Assembly: GCA_003971905.1 (NCBI GenBank)
Contig: RSEE01000057.1
Span: 1 to 64,000 of the forward strand
Source: Moniliella sp. 'wahieum'
Lineage: Eukaryota
Direction of reading: 5' to 3'
Length of the DNA stretch: 64,000 nucleotides
Positions 12,111-24,609 of this stretch are shown piece after piece. A model generated the notes under the pieces. It had not been told where the DNA came from, did no database searches, and saw nothing but the letters and a program-made list of their open reading frames with translations. Each line of letters starts with the position of its first letter. Positions within the stretch are counted from its first letter, which is position 1. The translations under genes were made by a program, and so were the position numbers.

Positions 12111-13468
12111 ATGTCTTCTGTCCCCTCCTCTGTACGTCCCCACTGCCCCCGTCGTCCCCATCCTCCCCATCCTCCCATCCTCCCATCCGCCCCGTCTCTC
12201 CACATCGCCTGCACGCTGCTGCGCACGAGGCTCACCGGCCGTGGCTGGCCCGGCCGCCGCCTTTCCCCTGCAGGGGAGCGTGTGGACGCCCGCATCGGCC
12301 TGGCGCACCCTCGCTCACACCCGCCCTCTGTCTCCCCCTCCAGTCCGCCACTCCGTCGCTGCGTGCGTACCCCGACCGGACCCGGCGTTGCCTGTGCCGC
12401 CACCGCGCTCGGTTGCCTCCAGCCGCCGCGACAGCGTTGGCAGTGCGCGCCGTCGATCGGCCGCCTCCCTCGCTGCCAGTGCCGCTGGCCCCGCACGCTG
12501 GGGCCGAAGACCCTCTTGGACTCCAGCTGGAACAGAGCAGATTAGTCGCTCTCTCAGTGCCTTGGCCCACCAGCTGGCCCCCGCCAACAGCCATGACGGC
12601 GGCGGCGGCGACTGATGTTGAACGTCCGCGCCTGCTTCTCCGTCCGTTGAGGGCCATACGCACTTTGGTGCCGAGTGCGTTCCTTCGTCGTTGGATTCTC
12701 GACTGGTGGATGTACCGCCTTCGGCGGCCGCCTTGGCGCAGCTGCGCACACAGGCGGAAGCACCCGATGATGCGCCTCGCTCCGTTCCCCGATCCACGCC
12801 TAGCAAGGACAGCAAGGAAGGGACGCTGCACCAATGCGAAGCGTGTGGCAAGGTGTATCGTCATCCTTCCTGTCTGATCAAACACCGTTGGGTACGTCCC
12901 CCCCCCTTGCCCTCTCTGTGCGACATGCTGACGCTTGCCACAGGAACACACGGTCTACTGGAAAGAGGCATCCAAGTTCCTTTGTCAAAGCACCAGCAGG
13001 TCCAGTTATTGGAGGCCGCTGCTATCTTGGTTGGTATGGACACTCATGCCACCAGTCTGCCTGAAGAAAAGGCGTTGTGGCCAGCAGCCGTTTCTCCGCC
13101 TCGCTCCGGCCTGCTCGGCAGCGACACGTTCAACTTTGATCGTTTGAGGGCGCACGTGCCCGTCGACCCTCTGCCTCTGCCAATCTACCTCGTTTGCTTC
13201 TCCCACTGGCGGTGGTACGGGGCCGTTGCGGACACCACCCTGCCAGGACGGTGCCCGAGTGGCGATTCCCTCGCTACGATTGTCGGCTGCCCGGGAGGAC
13301 AAGGAGGATGAGGATGAGGTGCTGCCTGATGCCCCGGACGACATGTGTTGGCGACCTAGTCATGGACGAGTAGGTCCCCTCATGGCCTTCCTGGAACAAA
13401 ATAATGCATACCTGTACAGTACCTCGGCTTCGGCCGAGGCCAGGACTACCAAAGGCGCCAGTGAGTAG
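12111..13468 (+). CDS. Fungal C2H2 zinc-finger protein
   Basis: HQCEACGKVYRHPSCLIKHRW|EHTVYWKEASKF.LSKHQQVQLLEAAAIL across intron 12892-12943; probable first intron from 12132. Both ends approximate. Confidence 0.75.
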
Positions 13469-13725
13469 CAAAGAGATACGAATCCAACCCTGGCGGCATA
13501 TCCATTGGGGTCTACTGTTCATACAAGATCAGGTAGGAGAGGGATGAAAGATGAGGCTTGGTGCGGAGAAGGATTCAAAGAGGATGGTGAATGGGGAACG
13601 TCAGAGTCGAGCCCGTGACGCAGTCACCGGGATCACCGGGGCCATCGCGAGCAAAGTAACAGGGCGGTTCAACGTGGACGCTACAATTTCCGACTCGTGC
13701 CACATGAAACTGACCAAGGTCTGCG

Positions 13726-16700
13726 TCAAACCTCACCCGAATCGGAGGAGGGGGGAGTGGAACGAGACAGGGCCGCCTTGCGAGTTTGAGAAGTGGTGGT
13801 GGAAGACAAGTCAGGCGCCATGGGCTTGCCGGTTCTGATCAACCCCTTCGTGCCGAGTGCGGTGGTGTTTCGTCCCTCCGAAACGGATGGTTGCGGATTG
13901 GAGGGAGCGGTAGAGCCATCAGGTTCCAAGCCCCTCAGCGTTGCTAAGCCAGAAACTTCATCCCAAGAAGTTTCGATTGGAAGGAGAGAGGTTTGAGACG
14001 GGCGCCGCTGGCTCCATTCGTCTTCGACCGTGAAACGTACCGCTTCTGCCTCCTTGTGATCGGAAGAAGTCTGCTTCGAGGCCATTGGAGCGACAGGGGG
14101 TAGACCGTTATCCGAATCGGCCTGTAAGAGGGATTGACGAGGTAAGAAGCTAGGTTCTTCGTGGATCACCGTGAGAGGCAAGACACTGGACTGGGGATAC
14201 GCTTCTGAGTCTTCACTGCTAATTTCAGAGGCGTTTGGAAGTTGGAGTAGCACCCTCTCTCCTGTCCCTTGTCCTCCTGGACAACGGTAAAGGTTTGACG
14301 TTTTCATCTGGGAAGGTGCAGGTTTGGAGGCAGCCTCAGGCTGGGTAGGGGGAACCGCTTGAGGCACTGCCAAGGGTTGAGAATATACAACGCGGTGTGG
14401 GCGTATCCATATGGACAGACGGGGTTGTAGAAACGAATTGGCCATCTGTTCTGGGGAGAAAGTGGGATTGTGACGTCAACTAGAGCATTGTCAGAAACGG
14501 CTCTTGTCACGGACCCGGCTCCCAACAGGGCACTCTGGTCCAAGGATGAAACGAGGTCGGATCGGGGATGCAGGGGTCCTCCGTATCCGAATACCAGGTA
14601 CTCACTCGCTGACAACGAGGGGGAGGAGGACGACTGAGATGCGAGTTCTAACTCTGGTGGTGCACTTGCTCGGGTTCCAACTCAACCTCGACGGATTTCG
14701 ACTGGTTATCCTCCGAGGTCTTGGGCAACGGAGAGGCGACTTCCAACTCGGCGGCGCACATCTCCGGTTTCCAATTCGACTTCGACGATTCCGTCCTCTC
14801 CTTTCATCGTGTCCCGCTGCTTGTTGTAGGAAGTTGACGAGGAAGAGGAGGGTTGTGGTAGGGTGGGGCGCGGGCGCGGTGACCCTGGGGTGAAAATTGC
14901 TTTGGCAGCAAGCCCTGCGCTTGCCACTCCCGCCCCCCGATGGCCAGCAGAGCAGCAGGAAGGGGTAGACGCGGTGGCGCTGGCGTCTCGTAGTAGTACA
15001 CTGTCCAGTACACCGCCCCAAGAGTGAAGTGCATAATGGAGGTAGCTTGGGCAGGGGGCTGGATAAAGCCGGCCCAGCGATCGCATGCCAATGCCGGGAA
15101 CCAGCGTGTTGCAAAGGGCATTGGATAGCAGGCCAGACAACTCGCGCGCCGATCGAGATCCTTCCGAAGGACTCGTAACTTGGGCCGCATGGAGCGTAGC
15201 GAGTAGCACCTCCGACGTGCAATCGTAGTCGTACACCTGCGGCCACACTAGTACGGGCTGCGCTTGCCGCGTGGGAATAGCCGGTTGGCAATCGTCCCTG
15301 ACCGTGCCAGGCGTGCCATGACTGCCTGTCACTGTGACCAAGTCATGAGAAAAGGGTCAGCGATGTGTGGCCCATAGGTGGGGCAGCAGCAGAAAGAAAC
15401 ACGTACCGCTGGAGCATACACTGTTCGCTTCCTGTTCCTTTGTCCCTTGGTCGAACGAAGTAGAAGTCGGCTTCTCTGCATCTACATGCACCGCTTCCAC
15501 CGTCTTGGAACTTGAACCCACCAAACCAGGACGTTCAGTTCGGTGAGCAGAAACCATCTCCACGTACGATTGGCCGGATTTGACAGAAATCGTCTCGGCA
15601 GAAGTGTCCCTGCCGGCAGGGACATATCCGCCGAGTTTCCAAGGAGAGCTTGAGGCGTGGGAGTTGGGATAGTTTGCCGAGGTGACTTTGGGGGTGCTGA
15701 ACACGTCAGTCCCGGCTTGGAGGCCTCTACAAGCGTAGTGATCGAATCCGACCCTGTCATTTTGTGGGTCGTCACCGTCGGAGAGACATGAGCGCGTTCC
15801 TCCTGCGACTTCAAAATCGAGTGCAAATGCATTTCCTCCATCGCCGGAGGTGCAGGAAACGATCGAGGTGGATGCATTGGAGACGGGTGTATTGCAGGTG
15901 TCATAGCTTCCTTCTCCGGCTCCCTTGACATCTGTCGTTGTGACGACTCTGAAGGCTCCCCGTCCCCGTATGCCGCGCTTGCTGCGTTGCTCCAGTGGCT
16001 TGGGCGCTTGCAGAGTATTGGTAGGCCCCGTCGATCCCTCTGGCAATTCTTTCGCCTCCAAAAGCTCACCCGCCTTCGGTAGTACCACCATCTGTGCAAT
16101 CTCTTGCACATGCGTCTCTGTCGCCGGGTCGTGTCCCTTCTCGAGAGGAGGAAAGGGCGTGGACTCTGAGGGTCCTTCTGACGGTCCCTCTAACGGTCGG
16201 GGGACTTGCAACTCGGAGGTTGACAACGCTGGACAGGCTCAATCGGATGGAGGGGCGTGACAGCTGCTCGTGTCTCCTGTTGCATAAGCCACTTTTGTGG
16301 CTCCCCTGCTTCTGGGGGTTCGGAACGCGCCTGGGGCTCCTCCGAGAGTCCCAGACGGTTCGAAGGTTGCAGAACGTGAGGGGATCCAAGTGGTGGGGTT
16401 GATTCGGCTGGTCCCATGAGTACCTCTCGCGCCTCCGGTTCTTCTCCTTCTGAAGGAGGAGTCAGACCCCGTGACTCAATTGACACCGTTTGTTGCGACC
16501 TTGGTGTCTCGGTGGGTTGAGAAGGCTGCATAGGCTCGGAGGTTGGAGTGGCTTGACTGCCTCGGCTCTTTCCTGTGGCATCTCATGCTCATATAGCTCC
16601 GATGCCTTCAATGACTCCCATCCCAAGTTGGGTTCGACATGTGGGGAAATGTCGAGTGCCTTTGCCGGTTCGGCGGCTGGTTCGGCGGTGGTCCCCGCAA

Positions 16701-19700
16701 CTTCTGTCGCAGCTTCAGGCACTGGTTCAAGCACTGGCTCAAGCACTGGTTCAGGCACTGGTTCAAGCACTGGTTCAGGCACTGGTTCAGGCACTGGTTC
16801 AGGTACTGGTTCTGTGGATTCATCGGGCATGTCCTGCTGATTTGGCTCAGAAGGTTCCGCCGGCTGCGATTGAGCAGACGGATCGGGAGGGACGGCTTCT
16901 TCAGCTCGCTCTTCTGGCTCGCTCGACCCCTCAAGAAGCTCCCATTCCTCTGGCTCCGAAGGCTGTCGGGGGGAGATGATTGCTCCGGCTGCGATGCTCG
17001 CGGGGACTTGCATGCTTGTCCGACTGCTCGCCCCCCTGTTCTGGATCTCTCTCGTCTCCAAGGACGCTGTGGTGTCTCGTGGTCTGCAGAGGAAGTCGAA
17101 TTCGCTGGCTGCTCGGGTTCCTGCACATCTGGGACGTGGAGTGTCTTAGCAGGGAATCGAGCGTGACGGGGTGCCCCAGCGCACAATATTTTTTTAGCGA
17201 CCATCTTGCCTCTCTCTAAAAGCGGCAGTACAGAGGTTAGAATTTGGTCTGCAGCAACGTTGGGCCAATCGACCATCAAAGATCCAGAACGAGAAATGTC
17301 AAATGATTGAAGACGTACCTTCTAAAGAGGAACTGCTTCCTCTTTCCGTCAGAGACGGTGGACTTGGGTCCAACTCTGGCGGCGTCTGTGTACACGCCAG
17401 ACCCTGCTGGGAAGCCGCCACGACCGCAACGGTGGTGGTCGAACTTGTCACCTTCTGGGTCACCACCGTCTGGGTGTCACGAGTATTTTTCTCCTGCGAC
17501 ACCGAGACGGAGGCCACAAGGTTGTCCTCACCCGCCGTAGTAGGAAACGGAGGGGAACGATCTAGCGGAGGCGGGGATGGTTCGGTGTGATCATTTGCTC
17601 GGCCCCTGGCAAAGAAACGACGTCGCCACTTTCCCTAAAGCGGATGATTCCGACGACCCTATTGCTTCCAATGGCTCGATGTCTGTTGTTTCCAATGGCT
17701 GTGCAGGTTCGGGTGATCGAGATAGCATGGTAGGCTCGGTTAGTTCCGTTGGCACCTCCACCTCTGGCTCTGGTGCCTCCGCTTTCGCGTCGTCTGGCAC
17801 TGCTGGTACATCAGACCCTAGTGATTGCACGGGCAAAGACAGCACCTTCGGCACCGCAGGCTCAGAAGGCAGTGTGAATTCAGGCGATTGAGGTAGCTTC
17901 AATGGCCCTTGTCCGCCTTTGGAATCTTGGGTTCCTCTAGCTCCTCCGGCTCTTTGGGTGCCCCACCTCGGGCGGCAAGCAATCCAAACGGTGGAGTAGG
18001 TTCGGCGACTTGGCTTGGAACGGCGCGCGTGATCAGTTCCTCCGACTTCTCCACCACCAGCGCATCCGTACCTGGCTTGAGTTCATCCTGCGAAACCGTA
18101 AGGACGGAAGGTACCCGCACGGGCGTGAGCGGAGCTGGCCCCTCTGCCGCTACCTTAGAAGGCAGGAGAGGTTCGGTCGCGTGGGACGGTCCAATGGCTT
18201 TACCGCCACACTTTGAATCTCCACCTGCCCAGAGATCACTGGCACAAGGCCCAATCCATCCGTTCCACGTACGGCCTGGGTTGCTGCCTGTGATTCTGAT
18301 GCCTTCGGCGCGGACGGGAGGGCGTCGACACCGTGGGCCTCCTCTTGTTTCTGCTCCTGCTCCTGCGTCTGCTCTGTCGGGGGCGCGCGTTTGAAAAGGC
18401 CGATGGAGGAGGTTGCGGGCGCGCCACTGGACCCGGGAGGAACGTCCATCGAATACGGCGAGGGAGGGCCCAAGTCCAGCCCGATCGATGGCATTGGCGC
18501 CTGCGCTTCGTGCCCTGCATCGCTTTGTCTCCGACCCTACCGTCGATCCTTCCCGTGACGAAGGGGGAAGATGCGGGACGGCAGGCGACACAGCGTTCAA
18601 AACCGAGTACGGTCCCTCCGCTGTCGATCCATCATGAGCAGCATCAAACTGACCTGCTGCGTCGCCGCTCAGACCGTGGGAGACGACGGGCTGGGCCAAG
18701 CTCGGGCGGTGCCGGCTAAGAGACAGAAACGACTTCATGGACTTGGGGTGGAGTCCTGGGCTCGCAGGGCTCAGGCGGGAGCGCAATAAACTGGGTGGGG
18801 ATTTGAGGCTAAGTGATTTGTGGCTGGGAGAGTGGGTGGGGGAGGAGATAGGTGGAGTTCGGCCAGGGCCCAAGTGCCTCCTTTGACTCCCTTGACGATA
18901 CCAGTCGAGGAGGCGCTCGGGGTGGAGCAGCAGGAGATGTGGAACGATGAGGAAGAGCTGAGATACAGAGGAAGAGGGTTCTTGTTCTTCCGAACGCGGG
19001 ACTGGGACCTGGGACATAGTTGTCGCAGAAGAGACAACTTGGTCTTGAGCACTGTCTCCTTCTCTATCTTCTTCTCCATTGGCTGCATCGCCATTGTCGG
19101 AGCAGTTGCTGACAGCGACGGTCCGGCGTTGGAAGCAGACGGGGGCGGAGGGCGGAGGGGGACGCGGGATGAACCAGGCTGTGATAGCGAGGTGAGGAGA
19201 AGCCTGAAGCTGGATCGTGTACCTGCCCTTATCAGGAGGTGAAGACGGCGTTAACGGCGGTAAGGAATCCATGTGGGATAAATCGCCCCCCTGGGTCTCG
19301 CGCCGTCGTAGACCAAAGTTCCATTGGCCCGTCAAGTGGAGCACATTGGTTTGCTGCACCAACGTTTGTTGCAGCGCCATGAGCACTTTGCCATCAGGTT
19401 CATGGGCTTGCATGGCATTGCGTACACTCCGCTGGGCCGCTAGCAACATGGACGCGGGCGCCTTCAACTCCTGGTCTGGTCCACCTGAAGAGACCTCTCC
19501 TAGTCCTGAGCCAAGTGGGGAGACAGATTCGGTCTTCTCGTGACTTTGTGTAGGGGTTAGGAGGGTTCTGCAAGCGAAGCGTGGGGCGCGCGTCCCTCCC
19601 GCTGCATCCAGCACTTCTGGAGCCGGAGTGGATGGCGCGGGAGTAGAAAGACGGAAACCCTCCACTACGTCCTCAGATTCTCCTTGATCGGCGGAGCGAC

Positions 19701-21318
19701 CCTCAGGAGGGAGAGAAAGACCGCGATCGGGTGGCCTTGCAGAGTAAAGAGAGAGAGTAGATTGCATGGCTGGGACCAAGGCGGCAAAGCGAATGTGCCA
19801 TTGCCTCGCGGCGCGTACAGTTCCTTAGACGCGGGGAGTAGAGCCGATAAGACATTTTGAGCCACACGTTGTTGTTCGAAAGGAACCGGGTCCCCTGATC
19901 CGAGAGAAGAGTCATCTCAGCCAGGGTGGCTGAACCTTGCAGGAAGAGGGGCATGTGCACCTCCCTTATCATGGCGACGGGTCGGCCTTCTTCGACAGCG
20001 TACTCGGTTGACCCGCTCAACTGGGTTACATCGGGGTCTGCTGGCAAGATTTCCGTCCGTTGACTGCTCCCAGAGCCAGGAGGAAGCGAGTCGATGCCAT
20101 CCGACATATCTGGCAAGGCGAGCATCATGTCAGGGGCACGGGCCCAAGCGCTAGCGGCGGCGCCAGACCAGGTGCACAGGAGAGAGGAGAGGTGATGCAG
20201 CCACTGGCTGTGATGGGCAGACGAAGTGAGAGAAAGGCTGTGGACGCTCCACTCGAACCATTAAGGGAAAATATGACGAAAGCATTCGCATCCGGCGGGG
20301 GTTGTGATGGGCGTGCCCGACTTGGCAACATGGACAAACCATTCTCCCCGTCTAGGACCGCGGCCAAGGTACGCGACAATTTGGATTGAGGAGAAGGAGG
20401 TCGGGCGAGGAGGTCGGGCGAGGAGGGAGGTCTACGTTTGCAAACCAACGTGAGATGGCGGGAAATGGTCAATACAACTTTCTGCGCCGCAACGTCGAGC
20501 AAGCCAGCGGCATGCACACAGGCGCCGGTCGGGGGGTCATTCCAGAGCATGCTTGCTGATGTCAATCGCTGGCAACGAGAGCTGACGTGGTAAATCGTAA
20601 CACGCAGTATGCCCAGGGAAAGAGGAGATCGTAGACGGACTGGCCTCGTTGGGGACCGGGGCATAGTCCTGGACGAGGGAAACGACGAACCCCCACCTTG
20701 GACGCCTTGGTCTTGGGGGAAAGAGAAGGTCTCTTGAAGCTGCGCTGCGATCGCGTCGGCGGCCACGGCATAGGAGGGGGGTGAGCGGCAAGCAACGTTG
20801 TAACCACTTGGGATACCTGGGCAACCTGCTCAGGGGACATGTCCCCACCGTCTACGTGATTTGCGAGGGGAGTGGAGTGGCGCGCTGCGGGTCGAGGATG
20901 ATGCGGTTGCACCAGAGGGTGTAGAAAACATCACCCTGCTTTGCCTTGAGGAAGGTATGGGCATCTGGGGAGAGGGGGGCAGATGGGGTCAGGCGGATGC
21001 GGGAGACTAGCATTAGCATTGAGGGGGTGGGGTGAGAGAAGCACATACCTTGGGCAACGAGCACCGAGTACGAAGTGCCGATAACGCAGCTCCAGTGGGG
21101 ATGGAGGGCGTCGTCGAGCTGCTGGACAATGGCTGCGGGAGGAGGGGGTGTGCGGGGCAGGGGCAGGGGTGGGGGGGTCTGGAGGGGCGCGGAGAGGATG
21201 GCGAGGACAGTGTCTGGGTGGCGGGAGGCATGTCTGAGCTGAGCACATCGAGCGCGGGGGGGGGGGGGGGGGGGCGAGGGCAGCAGCGCGGTGTGGCAGG
21301 GGCGGGCATGGCGGGCAT
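13726..21318 (-). CDS. Large hypothetical Pro/Ser/Glu-rich protein (possibly more than one gene)
   Basis: Chain of long abutting minus-strand ORFs (20125-20766, 19703-20128, 17899-19779, 16462-17061, 15357-16226, 13726-14445) with similar composition and an intron near 20936-21048. No family recognised. Confidence 0.45.
16714..16809. repeat. 12-bp coding minisatellite, 8 copies (encodes PVPE/PVLE on the minus strand)
   Basis: Units ttcaggcactgg / ttcaagcactgg read directly. Confidence 0.9.
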
Positions 21319-21692
21319 GGCGGCGGGGGCGGCGGAGTGGTGGGGGTGGGCGAGGCGGGCGAGGCGGCGAGGCGGCAGGGAGGGGCGCCTGCGACTGGGA
21401 CGGCGGCTGGATGCGCCCACGGATGTGGGCGGCGGGGGCCCGGCGGGGGCGATGCAGGACAAAGCTTGGTGGGGGTGCGCATCACGTGCAGCGCCGCAGC
21501 CGCCACACGCGGGCCTGATACGTCCGTCGTGGCGGTGGGCGGGCAAGAGCAGGTGTCGTGGGCTGGCCAGCGCACGCTCTCCTCGCCCGGCTACTTGGTC
21601 TACGTCGGCGTCTACTCGATGGTGAATGGGCGCAGCCCATATCCAATCGAAATCACTATCGCACGCCCATGCGCATCACGTGCACGCGCGAC

Positions 21693-22775
21693 TCACAGCG
21701 CCAACACCTCGAGCGACGGCAGCCCCGTCCAGCCACGCTTCTCGTAGTCTGCCAGCGCCACCGCCTCCGCATCCACCTGCGCCTGCACCGACAGCGGCTT
21801 GATGCCCAGCAAGCGCGACTTGCTCCCGTCCAGCCGCCGCTGCACCACCCGCGCCCCGCGCCCGTCTGCCCCGCCGGCACACGCGCCTTGACAGCCGCCG
21901 GCACCACCGCCGACGCATGCAGTGCATCCACATAGTCCTGCCACACCCACGTCCCCGTCGCCGCCGGCAGCCGCCCCACCGCCCCCTCCGTCGACAGCGC
22001 GCCCACATGGATCGCCGCCACATCCCGCACGTCCACGTACCCCCCCTTGAGCGTCAGGTAGTCGTCTGGGCTGATCTTGCCCTGGAACAGCTGGTACTGC
22101 CCACAGAACTGTCGCGTTGAGCGTGCTCGGCGTCTGGTGCAGCCACGGCCCAAACACGAACGTTGGGTTGACCGCCGTCAAGTCCCACTGGGGCCGTGCC
22201 TTTTCCCACAACTCCCATGCTGCACGCTCGGCCAGCGTCTTGGATGCACGATACGCCGGCGACCCAGCGTACTTGACTGGGTCCGACTGCACCAAGTCGG
22301 GATCAACCGTGTTTCCAGTCCGTGTCCACGTTGAACACCGTGTCCGGATCCGCGTTGACATTGGCCACGGCCGCATTCGACGACGTCACGACTACACGCC
22401 GCACCTGGGTGCCGTGGCTAAGCACCGAGTTCAACACCGACGTTACCCCATTGATCGCAGGGTTGATCAGCGTCTCGTATGGGTCCTTGCTTGTGTCAAA
22501 GTCACAGGCGAGCCGGTATGGATCACCGCTGACACGCCCTGCACCACCTGATCAAAGGCACCCTTGACTTGCATGTCCGGCACCACCACATACTCCACCG
22601 AGCCGGCACCGTGCTTGCGCTCAAACGTGTCTTGCAAGTACTTGCCCTTTTCCGCCGAGCGAACGGTGGTGCGGACCTTGTATCCGGCGCGCAGCGCGTG
22701 CTCGATGATCCAGGCTCCAATGAAACCAGAGCCGCTGGTGATCAGAATCAGGTCACCCTTGGGAACAGAAGGCAT
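21693..22775 (-). CDS. NAD(P)-dependent epimerase/dehydratase family, dihydroflavonol-4-reductase/Gre2-like reductase
   Basis: ILITSGSGFIGAWI..GYKVRTTVRS, VIHTGSPV, LINPAINGV, RRVVVTSS, catalytic AYRASKTLAERAAW, VNPTFVFGP, YVDVRDVAAIHV. TATA-like motif near 22865. Confidence 0.9.
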
Positions 22776-23147
22776 GCTGGGAGATTGCAAACAAGTGGGT
22801 GAAGAAGGAAAGACGGCGACGTGGGGGTGCAAGCAGAACACGTTTTGCATAATCCATTTGAGAGTTTTATACGCGGCAGGCCATGGCCCGTGCGGCAACT
22901 GGCTCGGCTCGTCGCATTTGTGATCGAATTGCGGGAGATAGCCGCACTTTTAAGCATGGCACACGTCACGCCCTCGTCATCTGCTAGTGTGGCTGGATCA
23001 CGTGCGGCACAGATTTCGCCATTCTTCGGAGGACGGGGACGGTATGCGCAGCTTAGGACAAGCTCGGTACTATGAAACCGGATGTAACATTTAACCCACC
23101 TTGCGCTTCCGCGGCAATGCGCAACGCCCCCCAACTGCGTCTGTTAC

Positions 23148-23307
23148 TGTTGACATCCGTCCTAGGACCGCGCGGACCCTGAGTCACGTGAGTCAGCTTT
23201 CATTCCTTCCGAGCTCGCACCAGTCTTCTGGACGAGTCAGTCGCAGAAGCTTCTTAGTCCAATACGACGTTCAGTGCTCACATTCTGTGGTAGTAGCGAG
23301 GCCGACA
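23148..23307 (+). repeat. 5' LTR of copia family B
   Basis: Identical by eye to 28047-28206; TG..CA ends. Confidence 0.97.
23180..23195 (+). promoter_or_regulatory. Tandem TGAGTCA (Gcn4/Cpc1/AP-1-type) sites overlapping a CACGTG E-box in the LTR
   Basis: TGAGTCAcgTGAGTCA, also present in the 3' LTR. Function inferred from consensus only. Confidence 0.45.
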
Positions 23308-23361
23308 GAGTTACATCCTTATCTGCTCATCCCTGAGCTGGCCAAAACTACACCCACAACC

Positions 23362-24609
23362 ATGGGCGCCAACGCTAACACCGATCTCTCGGTCAGCGAC
23401 ACCACAATGGTGAACAAGCGCGATTACTGGACACCAACCGGTCGCGATCCGCCACCGATTGGCACCGACAACGAGGAACTCATGATGCTTTGCGCCGAAG
23501 CGCACCTGTGGTTCAAGAAGACGAACGACATCGATGTCGTTAAAGAGAAGATCAACAGAGCTATACACGACAGAGCCGAGTGGCTTGGATGGAAGGACGA
23601 ACCTACGTCTATCACGACAAACTGGGTTCGACGGGCTACGAATTTTGTGGTGCAAAACATCCACCAAATGGAAACTCAACCCAACGCAACTTTGGGGGCA
23701 CCTACAGGCGCAGCCTCGCGACCCGAGTACGACCTTTACAGATCACTACGCGAGTCTCCCACCAAGAATATCAAGTGGCCTGATCTGAACAAAGACCCGT
23801 CCGCCTACAGCGCTTGGGAAGACGAATTTCTCTTCGCGATAACAGATGCCCACCCCCACGCAAGCGACGTCGTCCAGAATGGTCGCAGCTCCCGCTACTT
23901 CACCGAGGACCTCGACAGACGCTTGCACAACCTTCTTAGGGAAGCCATGCCGTCAACCCTCTTCCGGACGATCCGCACCCACCACGAAATATCATGCACC
24001 CAGGACACGCTGAACATGCTGCGTCAGCGGTATGGATATACGCCTACCGCAAACAGAGGGCCTCTACTCATTCGCTACTTTTCGGCCGACCAAGGAAACC
24101 GATCGGGTCGAGACTACCTCGACTACATGGAAGAGATCAGTGCAAGCCTGACGCGAGCGGGCATCCCACTTACGGAAGAGCAGGAACGCACTGGGATCCT
24201 ACTCGGCTTACGCGACATGAGCATTCGCCAGCGTGAAGAGCGCTCGAGTCTAGACAAGTTACGGCAGGCCGTGATGGACATACCAGCCGCCACGTATCCC
24301 GGTGGAGAAAGGAAGAGAAACGGAGGCAAGCCGGTCAACGGAGGAACGCCTTGGACTCGACCCGACAGCGGGGGACGACCCACCAGCGGGGGAAAAAACT
24401 CCAGCGGGGGCAAAGCCGGCGACGACAACCTCGCGGACACAAAGACCAAGGGGCAAGACCGCACCAACCAACCCTGGCGCAGCGCGACGTCTAATAAACC
24501 TGTTGTCCCTCCGCGCAACCCAGGCCGAGCCAACGCTCACGTCGCTCAGAGAGCGAGCTCTCCCGAGTCTGAAGTGATTGACGTTGATGCGGGCACAGCT
24601 GACTACTAG
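23362..24609 (+). CDS. gag: Gag of copia family B
   Basis: ATG 23362, open to TAG 24607-24609; ..YSAWEDEF..LRQRYG..DYLDYMEEISASLTRAG..ILLGL. No CCHC knuckle. Confidence 0.85.
   Translation: MGANANTDLSVSDTTMVNKRDYWTPTGRDPPPIGTDNEELMMLCAEAHLWFKKTNDIDVVKEKINRAIHDRAEWLGWKDEPTSITTNWVRRATNFVVQNIHQMETQPNATLGAPTGAASRPEYDLYRSLRESPTKNIKWPDLNKDPSAYSAWEDEFLFAITDAHPHASDVVQNGRSSRYFTEDLDRRLHNLLREAMPSTLFRTIRTHHEISCTQDTLNMLRQRYGYTPTANRGPLLIRYFSADQGNRSGRDYLDYMEEISASLTRAGIPLTEEQERTGILLGLRDMSIRQREERSSLDKLRQAVMDIPAATYPGGERKRNGGKPVNGGTPWTRPDSGGRPTSGGKNSSGGKAGDDNLADTKTKGQDRTNQPWRSATSNKPVVPPRNPGRANAHVAQRASSPESEVIDVDAGTADY

Noticed and set aside
23080..23088. GGATGTAAC upstream of the element, complementary to the family B PBS (self-priming idea)
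   Set aside because: It lies outside the LTR and so outside the element transcript; a 9-bp match is compatible with chance.
24607..24609. Genome-wide TAG reassignment as the explanation for the gag-pol stop
   Set aside because: Host RAE1 ends at its expected C-terminus with TAG (40297-40299), so TAG is a normal stop here.
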